From an uncultured Pseudomonadota bacterium (GTDB taxonomy: Bacteria; Oederibacteriota; Muellerivitia; Muellerivitales; Muellerivitaceae): 64,000 nt of DNA. The position numbers and the translations under genes are program-made. Positions 9,023-17,884 of this stretch are shown piece by piece. The notes below the pieces were generated by a model. The model was not told the origin of the DNA, made no database searches, and worked only from the letters and a program-made list of their open reading frames with translations. How positions within the stretch are numbered: the first letter of the stretch is position 1; each line of letters begins with the position of its first letter. The stretch is from assembly GCA_963843375.1 (NCBI GenBank), contig CAWJKT010000006.1:32001-96000 (forward strand), in the 5' to 3' direction.

Positions 9023-11182
9023 TTATTTCTGGACGAGTAGTTTCATCAATTGGTGGGTTTCCGAACCGCTGCTTTTGAAATCCAGGACCACGTAATAAAG
9101 GCCGTTGGCGATATTCGACCCTGTGTTTCCCCAATCGAGAGTATAGCTGTGCGATCCCAAGGCTGTGGATAAGGTGTCATCTTCATAAATTTTCCGGAAA
9201 GCCAGGGTGAACATTTTCACTTCCACTTGATTCGTGGGGCCGGTCACGTTGTAGGAAAAGTTGACGGAAGTTCCGTTTTTCACCGGGTTAGGATAAAGAG
9301 TGTTGAGGATAGCGGGGGTGGGAGTGGGTGTCGGGGTATTGGTCACGGTGGGCGTAGGGGTAAAGGTGCAGGTATGGCCGGCCCCGTCGGTGCAAGGGGT
9401 GGGAGAGGGGGTGGGTGTGGGAGTGCCCGCCATCAGGCTTAACTGGTAAAGGGTGGCCGAGCGGAAAGGGAGGGTATCTGAAAAGGTGTTGGCGGTAAAG
9501 GTTGGAGCGGTTGGATTATAAGCCGTGGAAGTAGTGGTATCGAAACGATAGGAAGTGATGGACGCTATTTGGGTGATGCCCATGTTATTCAGGGTTACCG
9601 CCGCGCCATGATTGGAGCTGTAATCCTTGTTCAAAATGATCACATTGATCCGGTTGGAATGGGTGCTATCCAGGGCGGCGTAGATGGATGTAAAGGAAAC
9701 CGCATTGGCTCCGAAAGCGGAAGCCAAGATGGAGGTGTTCCCGAACTGGGAACCTTTCCCGTCGTAATTTAAGTACATGTTGTAGGCGGCGGCCACATAG
9801 ACATCGCTTGTGCCGTCGTCCCAGCGGCAGGCGATAGCCCCATTTTCGCCGAATAAGCCAAGTGCGTCTGCTTCGGCGATTCCGCCCGAAATGTCTTCGC
9901 CGGAACCGTACTGGTATTCGGAGAAGGAAAGCTTGGTGCCTGGATAATACTGGCTTACCGCCGATTGAAGCCGAGGTAGAAGGGTGATGGGGTTGCCGCC
10001 GGTGGAATAGGCAGTGATCCAACTGGACTCAACATAAGTGGGGTCCCAGAGGGACCGGGGCGCCTGCATCCGGGCGATGGCAACTCCTTGGCTGGTATCA
10101 TCGTTGGTGATGCGCACGGTGCTGCCGGTTGTGGAGTCATAACCAGTGGCTTCAGGGTACCAATGCAGATCCAGGTAATGTAAAAGCCTCCGGCCTGCCG
10201 CGCTTGACGCGGAGTTCATCGTGGCGAGGTAATAATCCAGATAGGCGATAATATTGGGATTGCTTGAATAGGCATTCAAGGTCGGATTGTCATCCGGCGC
10301 GGATTGGTTATTCACGTATTCCTGCCACCCATAGGAAACCGGCGCTAAAATTTGGGCATTGGGATCCATCGAGGTAATCATCGTGGACAGACTGACCCCT
10401 TTTCCGGACACCTCCGTGCAGGCCGCCTGGTTGGGGTGGCACATAGGATGGGTGCTGTTCCAAAGGCCCGGTTCATTGTCTAGATCGTAAAACTTGGCTC
10501 CGCTTGAATTCGCCCCACCAACGGTGGACAAGAGGTAAGCCATTTCCTGGTTCATGTAGACCACAGTACCGTTGGTTACCGGGGCTCCGGTCGTGGGGCC
10601 GCCGGAAAAGCTGACCGCATCCCAATAGGTATGGGCGGTGTCGGATGGAGCGGTGACGGTCACGAAACAGTTGCAGGCTCCATTGGCCGCGACGAATCCG
10701 GCCATTTGTAACGTGATTAGGGAAGCGGCGGTGACAGCGTTATTCCCATTGATGAAAGTGGTTAAGGTGGTGGCGGGCATTCCCGGAGGGGCTACGGGCC
10801 CTGGCACCATATACCAATCCTCATGGCTGCAGATGGTGCTTCCGGAAGATTCGCAATAGTCCGCCCCGCCGTTGGAAGAATTGTTTTCCCAATTGTAGGC
10901 CGTCAGGCGGTCGCCGCCCAGGCGGTAGAGGGGGATATTATTGACGAGGGGGATGGGACTGTTGGACCCATAAGTATAGGGGGAAATGGGATTGTTATTT
11001 TGCGTGGGGTCCACGATAAAGCCGATGGTTTGGCCCCACAAAATACTAGAACCCAGAAAGTATAAAAAGAAAAAAGAAAGCTTTTTTATGGAATGTCCCT
11101 CAAAAGAGATAAGCAAAAGCAAGTTTATCACACGAATTTTGAAGGTTCTAAGGACAAACTGGAGCGGGAAAGGGAGAGACAA
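9023..11182 (-). CDS. Secreted GH44 endoglucanase/xyloglucanase with TP linker and C-terminal sorting-like domain
   Basis: RLGGDRLTAYNWENN, LDNEPGLW, RLLHYLDLHWYPE and TKLSFSEY motifs typical of GH44; true start probably downstream of the ORF start. Confidence 0.8.
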   Translation of the reverse strand: MSLPFPLQFVLRTFKIRVINLLLLISFEGHSIKKLSFFFLYFLGSSILWGQTIGFIVDPTQNNNPISPYTYGSNSPIPLVNNIPLYRLGGDRLTAYNWENNSSNGGADYCESSGSTICSHEDWYMVPGPVAPPGMPATTLTTFINGNNAVTAASLITLQMAGFVAANGACNCFVTVTAPSDTAHTYWDAVSFSGGPTTGAPVTNGTVVYMNQEMAYLLSTVGGANSSGAKFYDLDNEPGLWNSTHPMCHPNQAACTEVSGKGVSLSTMITSMDPNAQILAPVSYGWQEYVNNQSAPDDNPTLNAYSSNPNIIAYLDYYLATMNSASSAAGRRLLHYLDLHWYPEATGYDSTTGSTVRITNDDTSQGVAIARMQAPRSLWDPTYVESSWITAYSTGGNPITLLPRLQSAVSQYYPGTKLSFSEYQYGSGEDISGGIAEADALGLFGENGAIACRWDDGTSDVYVAAAYNMYLNYDGKGSQFGNTSILASAFGANAVSFTSIYAALDSTHSNRINVIILNKDYSSNHGAAVTLNNMGITQIASITSYRFDTTTSTAYNPTAPTFTANTFSDTLPFRSATLYQLSLMAGTPTPTPSPTPCTDGAGHTCTFTPTPTVTNTPTPTPTPAILNTLYPNPVKNGTSVNFSYNVTGPTNQVEVKMFTLAFRKIYEDDTLSTALGSHSYTLDWGNTGSNIANGLYYVVLDFKSSGSETHQLMKLLVQK

Positions 11183-11545
11183 AATAATAATGAAAGAAAT
11201 CCCCTAAAAAGCGGTTTTTAAGTTATCGTATGTCCGCAGAACCGAATGCATTTGGTAACCCTTCTACATTGACGTCACGGGGTAGCGGCCGCCGATAGGC
11301 ACCGCAGAAATAGCGTGACGGAGCTTCATACCTAATATTTCCCCTCATTCATTCCAATAAAAATTAAATGCGGTCATTGCGAGGAGTGTCCCGCGAATAG
11401 CGGGACGGTAACGACGCGGCAACTTCAGTTCCAAATACTGCTGTTTCCCCGAGTTGTCCTTCGATGAACTTAATAAGAAGAAATGACTCACCTCCGTGAA
11501 CATTTCCTCGCCCTAACCGCGATCAAAATTAAATAAGGAATAGAC

Positions 11546-13456
11546 ATGGAAAGTTTTCAAGAGTTGGGATTGCCTGAGTTTTTAGCGCATTCCATCAAGC
11601 AGATGAATTTCGAAAAGCCCACGCCGGTTCAGGCGCAGGCTATTCCCCCGGGATTGGAAGGCAGGGACGTCATCGCTTCCGCCCAAACGGGTACTGGAAA
11701 GACTGCCGCCTTTGGCATACCTCTTCTCACTTACCTGGAAAATCACAAAGACAAGACCGGGTTGATTTTGACTCCCACCAGGGAACTAGCGGTGCAAGTG
11801 CAGGAAGTCTTGCGCCAGCTGAGTGGGACCCATCATTTGGGAGGATCGGTTCTACTCATTGGGGGTGCCAATATGAGCACCCAATTTTCCCAGCTTACTC
11901 GAAAACCCCGATTGATCATCGGCACGCCGGGGCGGGTAATCGACCATCTTAACCGAGGGTCCTTGAACCTGAGCCACACGGGCTTTCTCGTTTTGGACGA
12001 GGCGGACCGCATGCTGGACATGGGTTTCGCGCCCCAGTTGGATGAAATCCGAAAAAAATTGACGAGCGAGCGCCAGACGCTTCTTTTTTCCGCCACCATC
12101 CCGAACAATATCCAACAAATGGCGTCGAAGTATTTGAAAAATCCGGTGCGCATTACCATCGGCTCCACCACCCAACCCCTTCAGAAGATCGAGCAGAAAA
12201 TTCTCTACACCACCGAAGCCAAAAAACCCGAAGAGCTTTCCGCTGAACTCAAGGAAAGACAAGGCTCGATCCTTATTTTCACCCGCACCCAGCACCGGGT
12301 GGATCGCGTTATGAACCGCCTGAAGGAAGAAGGGCTCAAAGTCACTCGCATTCACGGGGGCCGCACGCAATCCCAAAGACGCCAGGCCATCGACCAATTC
12401 CGCGAAGGGAAGTTCCTCATCCTGGTGGCCACTGATATTGCCGCCAGGGGTTTGGACATCCACCATATCGCCCATGTGATCAATTACGATTTGCCCCGCA
12501 ATCCCGAAGACTATATCCACCGTGTGGGCCGCACCGCCCGGGCTGGGGCAGAAGGTGAATCCCTTTGTTTCCTGACCCCCGAGGACAGGGAATTGTGGGG
12601 AAGAATTTTGAAACTGATGGGCGCCAACAAGGATTCCATCGTAGTCAAACCTTCCCACTTTGGTTTCACCGCCCCCAAGGAAGGGCCGGTTTCAAGGCCT
12701 CAGCATCAAGGGCCCCGACCTCATTCCCAGGGCCATACCCCTCAAAGGCATGATCGCGGCCGACATACCGGATCTCCTCAAGGCCGAGAATCGTATGCTC
12801 CCTCCCACGTCCGTCCTCCCCATCGGGATCATGATAGCCGGGGCTTCCAAGGCGGGCACCGGGATTCCCAATCACAGGATTTCCGCCAAAAAAATCGCCA
12901 TCCGGATGGAAGGCACCAGCAAAGATCGCAAATGCACCAGGAAAGATTCCAAGACCACCGGGAGGAAGCCCCGAACGAGCCCACGCCTTTCGATGAAGCT
13001 GACGAGAAACAACCAATGTCAAATGAGTCCCGCAATTGGGGGAAGCCTGTCGGGTTCATGCAGGCTTTGGGAAGAAAATTCATGGGCGGGGGAAGGCCAT
13101 CCTCATCTGGTCGCCCTTTTCAACGCGAGAACCGCGGGGGTTTTAGAAAGGAAGGCCGTCCTGGACGGGATAATCGGGGTGGTTTTCAAGATCGTTCCGG
13201 TTTTCGCCGGGAAGGCGGGTTCGCGGGTCCAGGTGGAGCGCCCCACCGCAGGTCTTCGCAAGGGGAGAGGCCCCATAGCGGCCCCCGGCCTTTTGTTCGA
13301 GATGGACAGCACCGTTCCGAACACCGCCCGGGAGAACATTCTTTCAGGGGGGGGCGGCCGGGGGGAGAACACCGTCCCGGTAATTTTCACCCTAAGGGTG
13401 GGTTTAAAAGGTCAGGCCCTGGAAAACCAAGGCCGGGTGGATTTAGACCCCAATAA
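11546..13456 (+). CDS. DEAD-box ATP-dependent RNA helicase with long Arg/Gly/His-rich disordered C-tail
   Basis: Q motif, AQTGTGKT, PTRELA, TPGR, DEAD, SAT, ARGLD, HRVGRTAR. Confidence 0.95.
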   Translation: MESFQELGLPEFLAHSIKQMNFEKPTPVQAQAIPPGLEGRDVIASAQTGTGKTAAFGIPLLTYLENHKDKTGLILTPTRELAVQVQEVLRQLSGTHHLGGSVLLIGGANMSTQFSQLTRKPRLIIGTPGRVIDHLNRGSLNLSHTGFLVLDEADRMLDMGFAPQLDEIRKKLTSERQTLLFSATIPNNIQQMASKYLKNPVRITIGSTTQPLQKIEQKILYTTEAKKPEELSAELKERQGSILIFTRTQHRVDRVMNRLKEEGLKVTRIHGGRTQSQRRQAIDQFREGKFLILVATDIAARGLDIHHIAHVINYDLPRNPEDYIHRVGRTARAGAEGESLCFLTPEDRELWGRILKLMGANKDSIVVKPSHFGFTAPKEGPVSRPQHQGPRPHSQGHTPQRHDRGRHTGSPQGRESYAPSHVRPPHRDHDSRGFQGGHRDSQSQDFRQKNRHPDGRHQQRSQMHQERFQDHREEAPNEPTPFDEADEKQPMSNESRNWGKPVGFMQALGRKFMGGGRPSSSGRPFQRENRGGFRKEGRPGRDNRGGFQDRSGFRREGGFAGPGGAPHRRSSQGERPHSGPRPFVRDGQHRSEHRPGEHSFRGGRPGGEHRPGNFHPKGGFKRSGPGKPRPGGFRPQ

Positions 13457-13562
13457 AATTTGAACCAAGTCTGGGTCACCAATATCGGCAGCGGATGGGT
13501 TCACGTGGACACGCCCTAGTTACCATTCGGGGGTTGGAATTGGTCGCTCAACACCAATTCAG

Positions 13563-13592
13563 TTGTTCGCGAAGGGTCCCCGTCTAGGAAAA
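13563..13592 (+). repeat. Cassette site 1 (degenerate)
   Basis: TTGTTCGCGAAGGGTCCCCGTCTAGGAAAA; directly abuts the stop codon at 13593. Confidence 0.75.
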
Positions 13593-14552
13593 TCAGCTTA
13601 TAACAAACACCACTCGGGATTTTCCGTGTTTTGCATTCCAAGCTTTCCCGACGTTGACGAGCGGAACAGCGGTTGTCTCGATCTGGAATTTACCGGGCAG
13701 AACCGCCTGCATCACATCGTTAGTCGCGGAGATTAGATCTTTCAGGGAAACACTTTTGATTCCGCTACCCATGAGCGCGATGGCCGAAGAACGAAGGGCC
13801 GCGCTAGGGAGCGTAATATTTGGCGAACTCATCGAGCCGATTTGGACGAAACGGATCGGCACGGCTTCTTTTCCCGCCTTTGCCCCGGCAATCATAATCC
13901 TCTCGGCGCTTGGTCCCCAGAGGTAATCCAAGACGACATCGACTCCATCACCTCCGAATTGCTCCTTTAAAGCGTCCTCAAAGGCGTCACCGCTATCACC
14001 GAGCGGGATGATCACCTCCGCGCCTAAACCCTTAACCTTTTGCAGGGAGTCAGAATCGCGGCCCGTGGCGATAATTTTTTTTGCGCCCAAATATTTCGAG
14101 ATTTGGACAGCCAGTTTTCCCGCATTTCCAGTTGCGCCATTGACCAGAACGATTTCACCCGCTTTGAATGCCGCCCGTATTCTGAGTGCCGCCATCGAAG
14201 ACATGCCGGGGTTAGCGATCGCCGCCGCGGTCACGTCGTCCACTTGGTCAGGCACAGGAAAACAGTTTTCCTTTCGAACGAGAACTTTTTCGGCCATGCC
14301 GCCGAAGGGAGCTGACGGCATCACGAAGTACAATCTTTTTCCATTCGAATTTTGGCCAACGCCGTCAATCCCAACCACCATGGGGAATAGGCTTGAAGAA
14401 CTGTAATGTTCACCTGAAGCCCGGGATTTCGCTAAGTTCGAGAGGGCGGATGCCTTGACGGTTATCAGTTCATGCCCCGCTTGGGCAGTTGGTTCCTTAA
14501 AATCCCCATAGACGGGCACTTGGTTAGGTCCGCTAACAATCGCAGCTTTCAT
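13593..14552 (-). CDS. MDR-family (zinc-binding ADH / quinone oxidoreductase-like) oxidoreductase
   Basis: GIDGVG, AAAIANPGMSS, VLVNGATGNAG, DVVLDYLWG. Confidence 0.85.
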   Translation of the reverse strand: MKAAIVSGPNQVPVYGDFKEPTAQAGHELITVKASALSNLAKSRASGEHYSSSSLFPMVVGIDGVGQNSNGKRLYFVMPSAPFGGMAEKVLVRKENCFPVPDQVDDVTAAAIANPGMSSMAALRIRAAFKAGEIVLVNGATGNAGKLAVQISKYLGAKKIIATGRDSDSLQKVKGLGAEVIIPLGDSGDAFEDALKEQFGGDGVDVVLDYLWGPSAERIMIAGAKAGKEAVPIRFVQIGSMSSPNITLPSAALRSSAIALMGSGIKSVSLKDLISATNDVMQAVLPGKFQIETTAVPLVNVGKAWNAKHGKSRVVFVIS

Positions 14553-14592
14553 GATGAGTCTCCTTTCCAGTAGAAGAATTTCGAGTTTTCAT

Positions 14593-14622
14593 TTGTCCGC
14601 GACGGGTCCCCGTCGTGGACAA
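14593..14622 (+). repeat. Cassette site 2
   Basis: TTGTCCGCGACGGGTCCCCGTCGTGGACAA. Confidence 0.95.
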
Positions 14623-14701
14623 CCCATTACCTAACCCCCGAATTCCCCGGTGTTGAATTCCTGTGAAGCACAGGGGGAAGTCCGGGCCCCTAGATTATAC
14701 T

Positions 14702-15229
14702 TTAAGGGCTTTTTCGTGAATTCCTGGCACTCCGCCTATTTCCCTTTGGCCTTGACCCCATGTTTTTAATCCACCAATACTCATATTGATTAATGATTAT
14801 TTCTCGTCTTTTTAAATGAGAATCAGCAAGTTTTTGAAACGAGATATTTTCAATTTCCCCTTGGGTTAAGTTCATATTTTCATTCGATTTAAAATCATCT
14901 AACGTTCCAAACTGTTTATTAGTAATCTCCGATAATGCAAAGAATGCCGCAACCCGAATACTTGCTTTTGAATTGGACAAATATTTAATTAAATAAGAAA
15001 CCGCATCTTTTCCCATCTCAATCACATCTTTATATTCTTTTGGCTCAGAAATTATTGCCAAAGACATACGATTATCAATCCAATATTTGCCAAAACTCTG
15101 TACATTTTCGTTCGTAAAGTTTTCTATCTGAACTGGTACTTTTGTTTCGGCCAAACAAACTAATACGGATAGCAATGCACTGCCCCAGATAAAAATCTTT
15201 GAGAAAAAAATGAATTTCTTATTCGTCAT
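14702..15229 (-). CDS. Hypothetical exported protein with a HEAT-like repeat
   Basis: AT-rich ORF, N-terminal hydrophobic segment, MGKDAVSYLIKYL...IRVAAFFALSEI HEAT-like motif. Confidence 0.6.
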   Translation of the reverse strand: MTNKKFIFFSKIFIWGSALLSVLVCLAETKVPVQIENFTNENVQSFGKYWIDNRMSLAIISEPKEYKDVIEMGKDAVSYLIKYLSNSKASIRVAAFFALSEITNKQFGTLDDFKSNENMNLTQGEIENISFQKLADSHLKRREIIINQYEYWWIKNMGSRPKGNRRSARNSRKSP

Positions 15230-15246
15230 TTATTCTTTCTAATCCT

Positions 15247-15276
15247 TTGTCCAATCCGGGCCCCCGTCGTGGACAA
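15247..15276 (+). repeat. Cassette site 3
   Basis: TTGTCCAATCCGGGCCCCCGTCGTGGACAA (centre T>C). Confidence 0.9.
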
Positions 15277-15288
15277 CGCTTTTTCGTC

Positions 15289-15558
15289 TTATTCAAATAA
15301 ATCTGAATGTGTTCCGGTTCTTTCAAAAATGATTTCATTTGCAGAAAGCTTGTAAATCAAAAGCCAATCTGGTTCCAAATGGCATTCCCAGCGGTCCTTG
15401 TAATTCCCCGAAAGTTTATGATTCCGTAATCGAGCGTCCAAGACACTCTGAGCGATTAACCGATTGGCGACTTCCTTGAACTTTTCAACCGGTTTACCGC
15501 GCCGAAGCATCAACTTGAGGTCTTTTTGAAATTGATTGGTATAGGAAGGATTGAGCAT
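15289..15558 (-). CDS. yafQ: YafQ-family mRNA interferase toxin
   Basis: FQKDLK...HKLSGNY...ECHLEPDWLLIY...RTGTHSDLF. Confidence 0.9.
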   Translation of the reverse strand: MLNPSYTNQFQKDLKLMLRRGKPVEKFKEVANRLIAQSVLDARLRNHKLSGNYKDRWECHLEPDWLLIYKLSANEIIFERTGTHSDLFE

Positions 15559-15818
15559 CAGATGCCGAGTTTACGGAACATGTCCTCAGCATTCTTGGTT
15601 CGAACCAGATGTCGCCCTTTATCCGTGGACTTGAAAACGGCCTTCGTTTTCGCGTTCGGCAGGGCGACTTCAAAAGGAAGCCCGCGCCTCAAGAGGATTT
15701 GACTATAAAAAATGGAAATGGCCTGGCTGGCCGTAAGCCCCAGTTGATGCAACAATTTTTCTGTATCTGCTTTCAAATGCGGTTCCAACCGCGCACGGAC
15801 CGTCGCTTCTTTTGCCAT
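15558..15818 (-). CDS. dinJ: RelB/DinJ-family antitoxin
   Basis: VRARL...LGLTASQAI...GLPFEV..PN; stop overlaps the toxin start. Confidence 0.88.
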   Translation of the reverse strand: MAKEATVRARLEPHLKADTEKLLHQLGLTASQAISIFYSQILLRRGLPFEVALPNAKTKAVFKSTDKGRHLVRTKNAEDMFRKLGI

Positions 15819-15845
15819 GTTGCCCCCCTTTAAGAACTAGTGCAA

Positions 15846-15867
15846 ATGTAGCACAGATGGGCTACAT
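15846..15867. promoter_or_regulatory. Palindromic operator upstream of dinJ-yafQ
   Basis: ATGTAGC-N8-GCTACAT inverted repeat just upstream of the antitoxin start. Confidence 0.55.
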
Positions 15868-15882
15868 ATTCAAGCTACTTGT

Positions 15883-15912
15883 CTGTCCAATGCGGGTCCC
15901 CGTCGTGGACAC
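15883..15912 (+). repeat. Cassette site 4
   Basis: CTGTCCAATGCGGGTCCCCGTCGTGGACAC. Confidence 0.9.
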
Positions 15913-15968
15913 CTTAAACCCTAAATAAACTCTATTTTACTCTTTTTGTCGGGAAGACGGCAGAACAC

Positions 15969-16000
15969 TTGACATAATGTCTCATATTTGAGACCATTAT
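15969..16000 (+). promoter_or_regulatory. Promoter/operator of the higBA-like cassette
   Basis: TTGACA -35 box followed by the palindrome GTCTCA-TATT-TGAGAC. Confidence 0.6.
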
Positions 16001-16003
16001 TAA

Positions 16004-16321
16004 GTGATATCACCACTGCCACAATGCGTGAAAGAGATCGCAGAATTCCCCTAGGAGGTACGGGAATATCTCGCCGACGCTTTAGCACGATTGGATGAAG
16101 GTCACACGCTTTCCATGCCCCTGTCCCGGCCGATGCCTTCCATTGGAAAGGGTGTTCATGAATTGAGATTCAGGGATCGTGCTGGAATTTACCGGGTGAT
16201 CTATGTTTTGGTTGGCGCGGGAATCATTTACTTGGTTCATGCTTTTGTTAAAAAAGACAAGATGACGCCGATGCCGAATATTGATTTGGCGAAAAGACAC
16301 TTAAAGGAAGTGAAAAGATGA
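16004..16321 (+). pseudogene. higB: RelE/HigB (Gp49-like) toxin interrupted by an in-frame TAG
   Basis: Frame from GTG 16004 reads VISPLPQCVKEIAEFP*EVREYLADALARLDEG...GVHELRFRDRAGIYRVIY...HAFVKK; TAG at 16052-16054. Confidence 0.7.
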
Positions 16322-16605
16322 AACACAAAAGTACAGCGGTTGAAATCGCGAAATTGGTAGATGTTTTTCCAGCGAGAGGAATGGAGGCTATTATCAAAGC
16401 ACAACTGATAACAGCTGTTTTGCAAGCCATTCAAGTTAAGAAAATGACTCATCTGGAACTCGCAAAGCGTTCGAAGCTCCCCAGGAGCGCCGTGACGGGT
16501 ATTCTTTCAGGCAGTTTACAGAAGGTCACCATTGATCGAGTTCTTAGGCTCATTGAAGCGGTTGGCCTTATCGCTGAGATTCGAATCAGGAAACCTGCCG
16601 CCTAA
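16318..16605 (+). CDS. higA: XRE/HTH antitoxin (HigA-like)
   Basis: MTHLELAKRSKLPRSAVTGILSG HTH; ATGA overlap with the upstream toxin (toxin-first order). Confidence 0.8.
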   Translation: MKHKSTAVEIAKLVDVFPARGMEAIIKAQLITAVLQAIQVKKMTHLELAKRSKLPRSAVTGILSGSLQKVTIDRVLRLIEAVGLIAEIRIRKPAA

Positions 16606-16652
16606 AAAAGTTCCGGGAAAACATTTTCGATTAGGATAGTCAGTGATACTGA

Positions 16653-16682
16653 CTGTTCCTTCTGGGTCCCCGCCAGGGACAA
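16653..16682 (+). repeat. Cassette site 5 (degenerate)
   Basis: CTGTTCCTTCTGGGTCCCCGCCAGGGACAA. Confidence 0.75.
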
Positions 16683-16780
16683 CCCTAGACTATTGAATGA
16701 AAATTTTCCAGTCGGGCCGGGGTGATAAAGGTGGTCATGCAAATTCTCCTTATTTAAAAATTTGCAATAAAATGGGTGAC

Positions 16781-17829
16781 CCGAGTTCAATAGTGAAGTG
16801 CACCACTTAGTCGGTTAAGACTCCGCGTTAATATGCGCGGATATGAAAACAAACTACCACCATTTAAACATTGAAGAACGAGACAAATTGGCCGTTCTCC
16901 GAAGCCGTGGCCTTAGCCTCCGGGAAATTGCTAAATCCCTTGGTCGAAACCATAGTTCTTTAGTTCGAGAACTAAAGCGGAACACACCACCTATTCGTTC
17001 TGGATACTACTTATCTCACAAAGCCCACCAACGGGCTGTTGAGCGACGACAAATCGCTGTTCACCACAAAAGACTCAAGACTCGACGCCTCAGGGCTTAT
17101 GTTGCCCGCCAACTCAAACGAGGTTGGTCTCCTGAACTCATTGCCGGTCGAGTTCAACTCCTGGACTGGCCCGAAGGAATCACACACGAAGCAATTTACC
17201 AGTGGGTCTACCAAGATGCCCCTCATTATATTCCGTTCCTTGCCAGAGCCCTCCGCAAGCGTCGAAAACGCGGCTACAGTCGCAAACACACAAAAAGCCA
17301 TATCCCATCACGCGTTTCCATCGATCAGCGTCCCAAAGCCATTCAATCTCGCAAGCAGTCAGGTCATTGGGAAGCTGACACCATTGTTTCCCGCCAGAGT
17401 CGCCCCGTATTACAAATCGTGGTCGAACGCAAAGCCCGCTACACATTCCTCAATCGTCTACCTAATCGTGAAGCGGCAACCATGCGAAAAACTATGAACA
17501 GAGCTATGTGCAAACTTCCACCCGAATTGAGACGAACCATTACTTACGACAACGGAACAGAAAACGTTGAGCATCAACTCGTCAATGCTGTTCTAGGTAC
17601 TCAGTCTTACTTTTGCCACCCATACACCAGTCAGGAAAGAGGTACGGTCGAAAATCGAGCCGGACTGGTTCGTCGACACTTTCCAAAGCGAACAGACTTC
17701 GCTAAGCTAAGTCAGTCCAAGGTCAAAGCCGTGGAACGTTAGATTAATCACCGTCCCATGAAATGCCTTGGGTTTAAAACTCCCGCGGAGGTCTTTCGCC
17801 CGGGTGGTGCACTTCGAGGTTGAATTCAG
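16781..17829 (+). mobile_element. IS30-family insertion sequence
   Basis: 26-bp imperfect terminal IRs (CCGAGTTCAATAGTGAAGTGCACCAC at 16781-16806; reverse complement of 17804-17829 matches 20/26) flanking an IS30 transposase. Confidence 0.88.
16843..17823 (+). pseudogene. IS30 transposase with premature TAG near the C-terminus
   Basis: HTH N-terminus, WSPELIAG, GHWEADT, TITYDNGTE, ERGTVEN; after TAG at 17740-17742 the frame continues INHRPMKCLGFKTPAEVF, the conserved IS30 C-terminal motif. Confidence 0.8.
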
Positions 17830-17884
17830 CTGATTTATTTTTCGGATGAGCAAATAGAAGCGTTCAAAGATGACGTTTTAATGA

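Noticed and set aside
12660..13463. 267-aa alternative-frame ORF overlapping the helicase tail
   Set aside because: No recognisable domain; the RG-rich tail in the helicase frame is typical of DEAD-box proteins, so this is likely a shadow ORF.
16052..17742. Amber (TAG) recoding suggested by two in-frame TAGs in higB and the IS30 transposase
   Set aside because: TAG is the evident true stop of other genes here (54633, 55333, 57391), and both affected genes are types that often decay.
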